Under the pieces are notes generated by a model, which ran no database searches, was not told the origin of the DNA, and saw only the letters and a list, made by a program, of their open reading frames with translations. Below are positions 1-19,370 of a DNA stretch of 64,000 bases, piece by piece. Origin of the DNA: the human T2T-CHM13v2.0 reference genome, Homo sapiens; the NCBI RefSeq assembly GCF_009914755.1, contig NC_060939.1; one strand, 5' to 3'. The translations under genes and the position numbers were made by a program. Every line of letters begins with the position of its first letter. Within the stretch, counting starts at the first letter, position 1.

Positions 1-2
1 CA

Positions 3-353
<351 letters not shown>

Positions 354-1419
354 CGCAACCTGTTCTTTTTACGAAGGAGAGAACCGTGGCCTACAGAGGG
401 GAGGACGTGGCTTTTCTCAAAGTTTTATGTTTGGAACAAGCTTCCGAGCTGGGGTTGGAAAGCCGGGAATCCTGCCCTGGGTCTCCGGCTCTTTGTCTTG
501 TTTTGGTGCTGAGGGAGCCTGGCTTCTTGCCCTGGTTCCATCACTGACAGCTGAGCAAACCTCAGGCTCTCCTTTTCCTTGATGGTAAATTAAAGTCCTC
601 CAGCTTGACTCACTCCTGGGCTCAGGTGGTGTTATTATCAGGATTAATTACATGGCTAGAGAGAGGGCTGAGCCTTTCCTGGGGAAACAAGGCCACTTAA
701 AAGACACTATTATGTTTTAACTGCCCTGATACATTTGTAACCAAGACTTCTTAGAATGATATTAAAATATAAATAGAGAAAGGATCCAAAATTTAAACTG
801 CAATTTTTCCTGCCATTTCCTGGTCAGCATAAGGAATATTGAGTTTTCTATCTAAGTGCCCATATAAGATATGAAATACCTGGGTAACGGGAGCAATTTG
901 CTGCTTAAATTGGAACCTTGCAAATCAATTATCAGGAACTAGAGCATGCATTTTCTCCTAAGCCAAAAAAAATTATTCTTCAAAATGACATTTGGCTGCT
1001 CACTGCATGTCATAATCAAACGAGGAGTGAGGTCTAATGCAGTAGCTCCACATCTAGGTGAAAAGGGAAAAAGAAATTATCCCCAAAACTGCAAATCTTC
1101 TAAGATACGTGATCCTATATTTTCAAGACTGAAGCAAGCCTTAGGAATTTAAAGAGTTTAAGAAAGTAAAATTTGATTCAAATTCACTTCTTTACCGAAA
1201 CTTGCAAAGCAAAAATCCCCAGTTTCTCTGGGTGGCATTTTATTGCCTGGCTATAGGTCTAGACAGGCCTAGAGCCAGGGGTGCAGGGTGTGGGTGGGGG
1301 AAGGGCAGTATTTCATAGTATAGCAGTGGAAAAGGAGCTTAGAGGTTCTTTGGTATGGCGATTCTCAATCCTGGCTGCTCAGTGGAATTGCCTGGGATGC
1401 TTTTAAAAACCATGGCTAG

Positions 1420-2032
<613 letters not shown>

Positions 2033-3024
2033 CTAGCTGGGTTCTACCCCTAGAGATTCTGATTCAATTGATCCAGGTTGTTGGAGCTCAGCTACTGTGT
2101 TACTTAAAAAATTTCCCAGGTGACTGTAATGTGCAGCCAGGGTTGAACCTAAGCTTCTCACAGGAGTGCTGTGAGGATTAAGTGAGATAAATGAAGAAAG
2201 CACACCCAGAGCAGTACCTGGAACCCAGGTGCTTAAGCATGGTGGCTTCCCTCCGGCCTCTGGGTTCCTCCATCTCTCCCTGCCCCACCGTCTCCACACC
2301 TTCTACCTCCCTCCACCCCATCATTGCCATTCCCTGCCCACCGTCACCCCACCCCTGTTCCTGATGAGTTAATATAAGCAAAATCATTTTCAAATCCCAT
2401 CTAAGTGCCTGTTGTTATGATCGTGTGTATGCGTGCACTTGTACATGTGTGTGCGTGTGCACGGGCATGGCGGGTTCCATCCTCTCTTCAGAGGCAGGCA
2501 ATTGGGTGGGAGGAGTGGATCTATGACTTCTGGCAGAGTGTAGGGAGCTTTCCATTTGCTCACGAGGGTTCCTCCTTGGAGCATTCATTGTCATTGTAAT
2601 TCAGGTGTGCAGACTGCCAGTTCAGACTGTCCTAGGCTGGAGACAGGTGGCTGAGTCAAGGGAAGCATTGCGTGTTCCGGTGGCCTGGGGGCTCCCCTTG
2701 GGGGTGAAAAAGGGAGGGCGATTCCAGGTCTGCAAGAAGTGGTGGGCAGCCCAGAGCATCCTGTTTGTTGGAGTCAGGGCAGAGCAGGCTTACAGTCAGC
2801 TGGCCCCCAAGTGCTTTCTCTTGCAACCCTGAAGCCCTTGTGTCTTGCAGCTACTGCATATTTAGGTGTACAGGGGTGAAGAGGCGCACATTGGAGTGTT
2901 CTTTTCCAGCATGCATTTGGGCTCCTTCATTTGTGAGAGGACCACAAAGGAAGCCCACCTGAGCCAGAGTTTGAGAAAGTCCGTTTCATCATGGCTGACC
3001 TTAAGAAGCGGAAGTAGAGTACAC

Positions 3025-3300
3025 AAGTGCTCAGGGTCATTATCATATGCATCATCTTAAACATTTATCTTTCTGTGTGTGTGTGTTGAGGTCATTTAAT
3101 ATCCTCCTTCTAGCTATTTGAAACCATATATCATTGGTAACTATAGTCATCTTACAGTGATATAGAACATTAGAACTTATTCCTCCTATTTAGTTGTAAT
3201 TGTGTATCCCTTATATGTATAATCTATACAATTATATGTATAGAAACATCACAATGCACTCCACAAATATGCACAATTACTCATCCATTTAACAAATAAT
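3025..3300. mobile_element. Old L1MA-type 3' fragment with internal inversion
   Basis: 3025-3210 reads as an antisense L1MA 3'UTR (atcctccttctagctatttgaaa...aactatagtca); 3215-3300 reads as the sense 3' end (aaacatcacaatgcactccacaaatatgcacaatta). Confidence 0.6.
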
Positions 3301-5451
3301 TTTATTCTTACCAAAAGAAGCAGCAGAAGTGTGCAAAGCAAATATTTGCCCCTTCATGGATTGTTTCAAATCCTTTGGCAGATTGGATGTGGGTTATTGT
3401 TAGGGCTGTAATGAGGAATCAGTGTCTCAGCTGGCAGCAGCAGGGATCCGAGGAGACCTTAATCTACCTCTTCAAACCCCTGAAGAACTTCCCTAAGCAT
3501 CTGGCTGACCTCAGACCAGCACTCCAATGCCCTTCTCTTCAGGAACCAGTGGAAGGACCCTTCTTGGAATTGCTAATTTCTCTCCTTCATTATAACTCAT
3601 GCTATACATATTTATTTGGTGGTTTGCTTGTCTTTATTGTTAAGGAGTGGCTTTAGCTGTACCTTTATTTTTTTTTTTTTTTGAAATTGAGGAAGATTTG
3701 AGAAACCAAGTAACCTTGGAAGTCTGCTGGAATGAGCTTAACTTTTTATTTAAGATGAGCTTTAATTGACCATAGAAGTGAAAAGTTCTTACCAAAGACG
3801 GATATTGGAAAGACATACATCAATGCTTTTATTTCCTTATTACTATTTGTATTAGAATTAAACTCTTTCAAATGAAGAGTCTGGGTATAAAAGAAAAATT
3901 ATGGGCCACTTCTGAGATTAACACCCCTAATATGGTACCTCTAGACATAGTGAGAGCTTTTCATCAATATTTTGCCAGTATAAGTCTGCTGCCCTCCGGG
4001 ATGAAATTGCCCAGGCTGGGAGAGTAATTTGATCTCGGAGTGACTTTAATCAATGTGCTTCTGTTAAGCAAATATTTCCAATTTTTCAGCAGTTTGTTTG
4101 CTGTGTAAATTTCCTTTCTCTGCCAATATGCTGAGCTGGCACCATTAATTTCCACAGGTGGGACAAGGCTGTTGGCTTCCCTGGGTTACTTTTCAGCATG
4201 CTGGGAGCTGGAAGGATAGAATTTCACGAGCCATTGCAGCCAGCTGCTGAGCATCTGGGGCAACGTTTGCAGCAACCCAGGGACCACCCTCTAACACCAA
4301 GTGCCCCCCACGTTGCTGAGGAAGGTCCAGTTGTCTGAGGTTTACTTTGGACACATTTTTAATCATCGTGGTTGGCACAGACAGGAAGGCTGAGCCAGAA
4401 CGAAATATCTGGGAGCCACAGATATTCCAGCTGGGGTGAAACTTTCTGGAGTGACCTCCGCCAAAGACTACTGGTGGCAGCTGCAATGACCCACACTCTG
4501 CTCCTAAAGCAGTACCTTAGGAGAGAGAAGATTAAGAGATTCCATGCCCTGTGTCTCTTTCTGGGTCACTCAAAAGGATGTGAGGTGTTCTTTCAAGTTA
4601 CAGCAACTGAATGCATAAAAATTGCTCAAGGGGAAGCATCTTTTTAATGCATTTTTGTCCACTCTCCCTTTAGCCCTCAGCAGACAGAAAAATCCCTTTT
4701 AAATGTATTTCTAAACTTATGTTGTAAGGAGGCAAATGAGAAGCAAAGCTGAAATTCCAGAGGGAACAGAACACAAAAGCGCTTGTGCACGTGTACCCTC
4801 ACCTTGCACACCTACACCCCAGAGGCCAGCCTGGCCCAATGGGCTCTGTTTATTCAGTGTTGTCTTTTCCTGATAATTCTGCTGATGACAGGGAAGCAAC
4901 CCTTCTTCTTCTTCAGTCTGCAATATTTCACCCTCCAATTACTGTTTCAAATTTTGTTTTCAAGTCTCTGCCCAAATGCTGGACTTAGGGAGCCCAAGGC
5001 TCTCATTTTTGTATTTCTCTTATGACACTTGACATTGGCTGCCTTGTCCCACTGCCTACGCGAGCTCTTTTGAAGACAAGGACTCTTATTGGAGCTGAGT
5101 CCTGACTCCCCACTCAGTGTCAGGCATGTGGAGGCAAAGTGCTTCCTCTGTGGCTCTGGGTAAGAGCTCTGACCATGCTGGGCTCCAGCAGGTTGGCCCT
5201 GCAGCTGGTTTGTGTGTAAGCTGATGGCTGATTGGGCACCGTCAATGTGCAAGCCACATTTCTAATCAACTTCTATAGAAAACACTGGAGACAGAAGGGC
5301 ATAATAGCTATAATATATCTTGGTCTTTTGACGAGAAGGAATCGCCAATACGTGGGGTGAGAATTTTTCCTTCATGACGAATGACGGCAACCTCTTCTGA
5401 GTGCCTTCTCTGTGCCAAGTATGGTGTTCAGTGCTTTCAAGAATGTTCTCT

Positions 5452-6082
<631 letters not shown>

Positions 6083-7475
6083 CTACAGTGAATTAAACCT
6101 TCCACCAACTAAGTTAAGACCAAGTGTGCTGAGACTGTCATTTCTGTTGGACATACCAATAAGTATTCAGAGGTTGTTTTTTATGATAGGCAATGGAGAA
6201 AAATAACTTTCTATTTTTCATAAGCTGATGTTTTCCCTGGTAAGAGTTCTTTCATGATTTTGCTGCTATAGAAGAATGAGCCATTTCCAATTGGATAGAC
6301 ACAGTGATGGATTAGTGTTTTGTCCTCTAAATCCAGAAAAAAACTTCTGATTTCCAAATTGCCAAAGCAGTGCTTATATTTGGTTCTTTGAATGATTGGT
6401 TGGCATCAATTAACAATAGGTAAATGTTCCTGACACATAAAAGTCGCCAGCTATATGATAAACCACACAGTAGCAGCTTCAAAGAGTTTGCCTTTGGAAA
6501 GGTGTTTTTAAATAAAACAAGTCCAAGAAACATGAAACAGCAAATTCATATTCACACACTGGCAGGCACTGCAGTTAATATGAGAGAATGTATTACTTTC
6601 TGGTAGCAATAAAGAGGTCTTGATTAGTAAAGTAGGACTTTATTGGAAAGTATGTGGTTCTTAAAACCCCTCACACTTCCAGGGTTATATACCATAAACA
6701 GGACTTTTAGATAGGAGGATCATCTGAGAACACATATTTAATTTCTTCCCCTCCCTAATTTCCACTGGGAAGAAAACCAGAGCCTGCTCCAGTGCTATAG
6801 CGTGACACCTGCATTCTGGAAATGTTGAGGAATCTCTGCAGGATTGGTACTGCTGGATGGAGGAGGAGTTTGCCTGGGCTTCCCTTTGTGTGAATGAACA
6901 GCTTGCTTGGGAGGTGAGTGGGAGGGATCTCAAGAAACACTGCTAGTACAGGGCTGCAATCTCATATCTGAGATTCCAAAATGTGAGTAGATTTGAAAAC
7001 GCATAGCTTTTGCTGTCCATCAAAATTGGCACCAAAACTGATTTTGGCCACAAAATGTAACCTGAATAACCTGAACTGTGATGGATCATAGTCATGACTC
7101 TGTGAACACAGGAAAAAAAAATTCAGTGGATTAAATGGTGAAAAGTGTGATGGATTAATTTCTGTCCTGGACAATACACATTTACCTGTAAATAAGGGAT
7201 GATGGCTGTTTACTCAGTTAGGGACTATTTAGAAACACATGATTAGTGAGAGCGAGGACACAGGAAGAGTTTTAAAAATCATTCGTGGTGCTGCTTCTTC
7301 ACCTGAGCACGTGCTCCCAGCCCAGCATCCATGTCCAACGCTAGCCTGCTCATGACAAGAACCCCGGATGACACCAATGCTTCGTCAGACGCAGAGGTGG
7401 AAGCACTTAGCCTAGTTTGATTCAACGTGAGCTTGAGGTTATAATGAATGATGCCTTAAAGAAAGAATTAGAGCA

Positions 7476-7782
<307 letters not shown>

Positions 7783-7815
7783 TTATGGTCTATATCACAT
7801 TATTTCACCAACCAG

Positions 7816-8428
7816 TTTATTTATTTATTTTATTTTTTGAGACAGAGTCTTGCTCTGTCGCCCAGGCTGGGGTGTAGTGGTGCGATCTCGGCTCCTTGAA
7901 ACCTCTGCTTCCCGAGTTCAAGCGATTCTCCTGCCTCAGCCTCCTGAGCAGCTGGGATTATAGGCGCCTGCCACCATGTCCGGCTAATTATTTTTATTTT
8001 ATTTTATTTTTTATTGAGATGGAGTCTCGCTCTGTTGCCCAGGCTGGAGTGCAGTGGCATGATCTTGGCTCACTGCAGCCTCCGCCTCCTGGGTTCAAAC
8101 AATTCTCTGCCTCAGCCTCCTGAGTACCTGGGATTACAGGCACCTGCCACCAGGTCTGGCTATTTTTTGTATTTTTAGTAGAGACGGGGTTTCACCATGT
8201 TGGCCAGGCTAGTCTTGAACTCTTGACCTCGTGATCCACCTGCCTCGGCCTCCCAAAGTGCTGGGATTACAGGCGTGAGCCACTGCCCCCGGCCAATTTT
8301 TGTATTTTTATTAGTGACGATGTTTCACCTTGTTGGTCAGGCTGGTCTCGCACTTCTGACCTCAGGTGATCCACCCACCTCGGCCTCCTAAAGTGTTGAG
8401 ATTACAGGCATGAGCCACCATGCCCGGT
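7816..8428 (-). mobile_element. Nested Alus: AluS (about 7990-8293) inserted in the A-rich linker of another AluS
   Basis: Order is right arm, complete Alu, left arm. The inner copy has gacctcgtgatcc and the outer has gacctcaggtgatcc. Confidence 0.9.
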
Positions 8429-9590
8429 GTCACCAAACAGTTTATAACAATATACATTAACTATGGAAAAACTCTAATAGGATTTATATGATTTTATACA
8501 CTTTATCTCACTCACTGGAACTCTCCCTATATTTGCAGAATGTTTTCTTGATTTTACGAAGTTGTCTGAAACCTTCTTGGGATGTCCGTGAGTGCGTATG
8601 GTGGGCTGTGTAGATAGTCTGCCCAGAGCCCTGGGGTCTGTTTTTAGAATTTTGTTTTCATGGGCTTTCACTTTCCAGGGCCAGTTCTTGAGACCTGAGG
8701 CCCTTTCTGGGAGGACTGCCCTCAAGGCTGCTAGTGTAGACTTTGTGCCTGAATCATTGGAAGTGCTGTAACTATAGTACCTGAGAACGTACGCCTTACC
8801 TTTCCCCCCAGCCCTTAACTAATGACTGAATGGATGCTCCAGTTTCCTGGCCTCAGGTGACACATCTTGGAAGTGTAACTTACACTCCACAGTAGCTCTC
8901 CAAGATGCTTTCCTGTTATCACAGTTGTCCTTCTCCTGTGTCTACCTTTCTATGTTCTGAGTTCTGAAACACAGCTGGCCCCAAAGGACACAGAAAAGGA
9001 ATTGAAGACCTGTGTCCTCTTCCTTGGTGGGGCTAGGGCTGGCAGAGAGGATAGGCCACAGAGCCTTGGCAGACTCTTCTCCATCCCACCCTCTCCTCCT
9101 GGAAGTTCACCAGGCATTGCAGGCTGCATGAGCCCCTAGAGGCATGTGTTCCTGCCAGTCCTGGGTGTCAGTGGCCAACAGAGCGCATGGCTGACTCCTA
9201 CTGAGAACAGCTTTTCTAGACAATGAGTGGGTGCTATGGCCTGAGTGATGCCTAATTGCTGGCCAGAATACAGACAGGAATTTCTAGGACATGCTGATGA
9301 AGCTCCTTGAAGCTGCAATAGCTGTTGGTCCTAGGCAACCAACAGCAAGAAATTACTTTTCAAAGAGCAAAGTAATACCACACTTTATTCAAATATGTGC
9401 CCTCTTTTCTTAATTTGGGCCAGACTGATATGACCAGAGGCTTTTATGTTCTTAGGCAGAAATCATCTCAAATGCCAGTGATGGATAAGCAAATTCCTTT
9501 CTCTATAAATTGAGAAAAAGGAGAAAATCATTACTGAACATATTTTAAAAAATGCTTTGCACTGAAGAATTACAGTAAATGATTACTCTT

Positions 9591-9960
9591 GTGTCTTAGT
9601 CTGTTCAGACTGCTATAACAAAATACCATAGACCTGGTGGCTTATAAGCAATGGAAATTTATTTTTCACAGTTCTGGAGGCCGGAAGTCCAAGATCAGGC
9701 TGCCAGCATGGTCAGGTTTTGCGGAGGGCCCTCTTCCAGATGGGAAGATGATGACTTACTCATCTATCCTCACATCATGGAAGCAGGGAACTTTGGTCGC
9801 TTTAGCCCCTTATGGGGAACTACTATGGGGCACGATCTCATTCATGAGGGCTGTGCTGTCATGATCTGATCATCTCCCAAAGTCCCCACCTCCTATGACA
9901 ATGAGGATTAGGTTTCAACATATACATTTTTGGAGTACACAAACATTCAGACCATAGCAT
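9591..9960 (-). mobile_element. MaLR solo LTR (MLT1A/MST-like)
   Basis: tgtcttagtctgttcagactgctataacaaaataccatagac...cacagttctggaggccggaagtccaagatcagg...cattcagaccatagca. Confidence 0.8.
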
Positions 9961-9989
9961 ATTGTTAATAAAAGTTGCAGAAAAGAACA

Positions 9990-10720
9990 TTGAGAAACAT
10001 GGACTAGATATGCAACAAGATTCAAGATAGAATTACCTCTATGGTAATTGCTTGTCACAAAGAAGGAACAGTTGAGAGCAGGAAATCCTGCAAGGAGAGG
10101 AAAACTTTGTTAAATTTAAAATGCCAATTACAAGCACCTGCCACCAGGTCTGGCTAATTTTTTTATTTTTATTTTATTTATTTTATTTTTTTATTGAGAC
10201 GGAGTCTTGCTCTGTTGCCCAGGCTGGAGTGCAGTGGCGTGAGGCAATAAACAGCAAATTGGAGACTCTAGGAATTTAATCAGTAAAAATACCAGCTTGA
10301 GAAATTTTCCCAGGAGTCAATCTAAAATGAGAGAATGGATAAGAGTTGTGAGCACTTGTCTAGAAGATGTGATGCATACAAAACAAAAATTCAAGAAAGA
10401 AAGCAGAAACAGTAGTCAAATAAATGGACATCAACTTGTCTGAGTTGAAGGAACACATCAGAGTCTTTCCTGTACATTAGATAAAACCCATGATAAGAAA
10501 ATAATCATCTAGAGCCATACTGGTAAAGTTTTGCATATAAAAAATATGCAGGATGAAAAGAGCAGATTAAATATCAATAAACCAAATCCATCATTTTCTA
10601 AATCAATAGCATAGAAAGGCAATTGAATCAAGTCTGCAGAGTTTTGATGGGAAAGACTGCAGAGTCCTTCCTGTATGCAGAGCCACATGACTGTCCTGTG
10701 CCCTGGACACTTTTGCCTTG
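9990..10720 (+). mobile_element. Ancient L1M ORF1-region fossil (probably continues at about 11330-11580 and 18320-19040)
   Basis: Highly A-rich, degenerate L1M-like sequence; the 18320-19040 part resembles a degenerate ORF2 endonuclease region. Confidence 0.45.
10127..10242 (-). mobile_element. Short internal Alu-junction fragment with no TSD
   Basis: attacaagcacctgccaccaggtctggcta, then a T-rich tract, then gagacggagtcttgctctgttgcccaggctggagtgcagtggcgtga; both ends are abrupt. Confidence 0.85.
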
Positions 10721-10770
10721 GTGGGCCTCTTCCTTTACAAAAAGACATTACAAGTTATCTTTGTAAAGAC

Positions 10771-11070
<300 letters not shown>

Positions 11071-11989
11071 TGACTAGTAGAATCCAGGCTGGATCACATT
11101 CATTTTTTCTCCCAATTTTTAAAGAAAATATTTTTTAGGAGTTCCTGAAATTATCTTAGGCTCTTGGCACTGTGTCCACTGAGCGTAATGGAGAAATTGG
11201 CCCTGCCTGTAAAAGAAACTTCCAGACCCACCCCAGGGGCTCCAAAATGTCAAACGCTATTTATAAACTCTTCTCGAAAAACTTGAATCTTTTCGAGTGG
11301 TTCTGGACATATAATCATATCATGAATTAGGAAGTTGTGGTTTCATAGAATTGGCCATGGACCATACAAGACATAGAAGTCTAAACAATTTTTATTAATA
11401 TGATTATGAAAATTATTCCCTAAAGAGTAGATAAATAATGCTAAATATATTAAATAATATACATTTAAATATTTATTTATATACATTTAAAATCCTAAGT
11501 CATTAAAACCTTGAAAATTATGAAAGCAAGGAAGAAAAAAAAAGGCAAGCTAACTATTTCTGCTCACAGGTAGGGCTTATAGATTTTTTTTTTTTTTGGA
11601 GAGAAAAGGGATTTTATTTTATTTATTTTATTTTTTTAAATTCAATTACCTTTATTTCTTTTAGGATTTAACCTTATGTGAATCATATTAAGACAATGAT
11701 ACATTTGCATTTGAGGTGTTTATGATTCAACTAAGTTTCCCTCTGCTTTTTCTTTTTTTATATATATATTTTTTATTATACTTTAACTTCTAGGATCCAT
11801 GTGCACAACGTGCAGGTTTGTTACATACGTATACATGTGCCATGTTGGTGTGCTGCACCCATTAACTTGTCGTTTACATTCGGTATATCTCCTAATGCTA
11901 TCCCTCCCCCCTCTCCCTTCCCCCACCCCACAACAGGCCCCAGAGTGTGATGTTCCCCTTCCTGTGTCCAAGTGTTCTCATTGTTCAAT

Positions 11990-15794
<3,805 letters not shown>

Positions 15795-15857
15795 TATGAT
15801 GTTAGCTGGTTATTTTGCTCGTTAGTTGATGCAGTTTCTTCCTAGTCTTGATGGTCT

Positions 15858-16871
15858 TTACAATTTGGCATGTTTTTGCAGTGGCTGGTACCGTTTGTTC
15901 CTTTCCATGTTTAGTGCTTCCTTCAGGAGCTCTTTAGGGCAGGCCTGCTGGTGACAAAATCTCTCAGCATTTGCTTGTCTGTAAAGTATTTTATTTCTCC
16001 TTCACTTCTGAAGCTTAGTCTGGCTAGATAGGAAATTCTGGGTTGAAAATTCTTTTAAGAATGTTGACTATTGGCCCCCACTCTCTTCTGGCTTGTAGAG
16101 AGTTTCTGCCAAGAAATCCGCTGTTAGTCTGATGGGCTTCCCTTTGTGGGTAACCCGACCTTTCTCTCTGGCTGCCCTTAACATTTTTTCCTTCATTTCA
16201 ACTTTGGTGAATCTGACAATTATGTGTCTTGGAATTGTTCTTCTCGAGGAGTATCTTTGTGGTGTTCTCTGTATTTCCTGAATTTGAATGTTGGCTTGCC
16301 TTGCTGGGTTGGGGAAGTTCTCCTGGATAATATCCTGCAGAGTGTTTTCCAACTTGGTTCCATTCTCCCCGTCACTTTCAGGTACACCAATCAGACGTAG
16401 AGTTGGTCTTTTCACATAGTCCCATATTTCTTGGAGGCTTTGTTCGTTTCTTTTAATTCTTTTTTCTCTAAACTTCACTTCTGGCTTCATTTCGTTCATT
16501 TGATCTTCCATCACTGATACCCTTTCTTCCAGTTGATCAAATCGGCTACTGAAGCTTGTGCATTTGTCACGTAGTTCTCGTGCCATGGTTTTCAGCTCCA
16601 TCAGGTCCTTTAAGGACTTCTCTGCATTGGTTATTCTAGTTAGCCATTCGTCTAATCTTTTTTCAAGGTTTTTAACTTCTTTGCCATGGGTTCGAACTTC
16701 CTCCTTTAGCTCGGAGAAGTTTGATCGTCTGTAGCCTTCTTCTCTCAACTCGTCAAAGTCATTCTCCATCCAGCTTTGTTTCGTTGCTGGTGAGGAGCTG
16801 CATTCCTTTGGAGGAGGAGAGGCGCTCTGATTTTTAGAATTTTCAGTTTTTCTGGTCTGTTTTTTCCCCAT
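15858..16871 (-). pseudogene. L1 ORF1p, frameshifted after about 258 aa
   Basis: ORF 16068..16871 MGKKQTRKTENSKNQSASPPPKE...KGKPIRLTAD matches ORF1p, then leaves frame; the end coordinate is approximate. Confidence 0.9.
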
Positions 16872-17445
16872 CTTTGTGGTTTTATCTACCTTTGGTCTTT
16901 GATGATGGTGACGTACAGATGGGGTTTTGGTGTGGATGTCCTTTCTGTTTGTTAGTTTTCCTTTTAACAGTCAGGACCCTCAGCTGCAGGGCTGTTGGAG
17001 TTCGCTGGAGGTCCACTCCAGACCCTGTTTGCCTGGGTATCAGCAGCGGAGGCTGCAGAACAGTGGATTTTTCTGAACCGCGAATGCTGCTGTCTGATCG
17101 TTCCTCTGGAGGTTTCCTCTCAGAGGAGTACCTGGCCGTGTGAGGTGTCAGTCTGCCCCTACTCGGGGGTGCCTCCCAGTTAGGCTACTCAGGGGTCAGG
17201 GACCCACTTGAGGAAGCAGTCTGTCCTTTCTCAGATCTCAAGCTGCATGCTGGGAGAACCACTACTCTCTTCAAAGCTGTCAGACAGGGATATTTAAGTC
17301 TGCAGAGGTTTCTGCTGCCTTTTGTTTGGCTATGCCCTGCCCCCAGAGGTGGCGTCTACAGAGGCAGGCAGGCCTCCTTGAGCTGCAGTGGGCTCCACCC
17401 AGTTCGAGCTTCCGGTCACTTTGTTTACCTACTCAAGCCTCAGCA

Positions 17446-17660
17446 ATGGTGGGCGCCCCTCCCCCAGCCTCGCTGCTGCCTTGCAGTTCGATCTCAGACT
17501 GCTGTGCTACCAGTGAGTGAGGCTCCGTGGGCGTGGGACCCTCCCAGCCATGCACAGGATATAATCTCCTGGTGTGCCATTTGCTAAGACCATTGGAAAA
17601 GCACAGTATTAGGGTGGGAGTGCCCCGATTTTCCAGGTGCCATCTGTCACAGCTTTGCTT
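17446..17660 (+). pseudogene. L1 antisense ORF0 remnant with premature stop
   Basis: MVGAPPPASLLPCSSISDCCATSE, stop TGA at 17518-17520, then VGVGPSQP...RVGVPRFSRC; matches the recalled ORF0 peptide. Confidence 0.75.
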
Positions 17661-17955
17661 GGCTATGAAAGGGAATTCGCTGACCCCTTATGCTTCCCGG
17701 GTGAGGCGATGCCTCACCCTGCTTCTGCTCATGCTCGGTGTGCTGCACCCACTGTCCTGCACCCACTGTCCAACAAGCCTCAGTGAGATGAACCCGATAC
17801 CTCAGTTGGAAATGCAGAAATCACCCTTCTTCTGCGTTGCTCATGCTGGGAGCTGTAGACTGGAGCTGTTCCTATTTGGCCATCTTGGAACCGCCACTGT
17901 AGATGTTATTTAATTTTTGACATTGACCATCAGAGAAAAAGGAGTTCAGCTATAT

Positions 17956-17992
17956 ATGTGTGTGTGTGTGTGTATGTGTGTGTGTGTGTGTG
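17956..17992. repeat. (TG)n microsatellite
   Basis: Direct reading. Confidence 0.95.
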
Positions 17993-18010
17993 ATGTGTAT
18001 ATATGTATAC

Positions 18011-18316
18011 TTTTTTCTTTTATTTTTTGAGACAAAGTCTTGCTTTGTCACATAGGTTGGAATGTAGTGACCTGATCACAGTGCACTATAACCTCGAAGT
18101 TCTGGACTCAAGTGATCCTCCTGGCTTAGCCTCTCTGGTAGCTAGGACTATGAGTGTGCACCACCGTTAATTAGCCCAACTAATTTAAAAAAAATTGTAG
18201 AGACAGGGGTCTCGCTATGTCACATGGGCTGGTCTTGAACTCCTGGCCTCAAACAATCCTCCTGTCTCAGCTTTCCCAATGTACTAGATTATGGGCATAA
18301 ACCACTGCATCTGGCT
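18011..18316 (-). mobile_element. AluJ-like SINE
   Basis: Diverged Alu with ctcaagtgatcctcc and gtagagacaggggtctcgctatg. Confidence 0.85.
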
Positions 18317-19047
18317 TCAAATGTATTGTTTAAATTGAAATAACTTGTAGAACAGAAACAGGAATAGCTTTAAATCAATGGATAAAGGAAAACATACCAT
18401 TTAGCATAGAACAAAAAGTAGAAAAGGGCAAGAAAGTGTGAGAAAACAAAGCATGAGGCAGAAGGATAGTAGTATAGTCACATTTTGTGATGATAAATTT
18501 GTCATAGAACAAAATCTAGTGAAGCTATATGCTACTTTAGAGACATCTACAAATTACATGTTTACGTTAAAAGTGAAAGACAAAAATGGACTTGAAAAAA
18601 TACAACGAAGGAAGATGGTATTTTAAAAATGAGACAAAATAAAAATCTCAGAAAAAACCATAAATGGAACAAAGAGCTAAAGCGCACAAGCCACAATAAA
18701 TATTTAGAAATTGTTTACTCTTGTATGATGAATAACAGCATAAAAGCACAAACTGATAACTACAAATATGAGGAAAAGGCAAAAATTTAGTAGCAAGAAG
18801 AGAACTAAATACATTATTCATCTCTAACAAATAAGAAAAATCAATATATAAAATATTTGAATAAATGACTTAATAAGTTTGATTTAATAGATATAATTTA
18901 AATTTTGTGTCCTACAGGATATTAACATATGTTTGTAAACTACCGTTCACATTTTAAGAAAGCTGACATTTGAGGCAGTAAATGAAATTTTAGTAGGTTA
19001 AGAATGGACACTTTTTGGTGATTCCATTGAAAAAATATTAAAGATTA

Positions 19048-19370
<323 letters not shown>

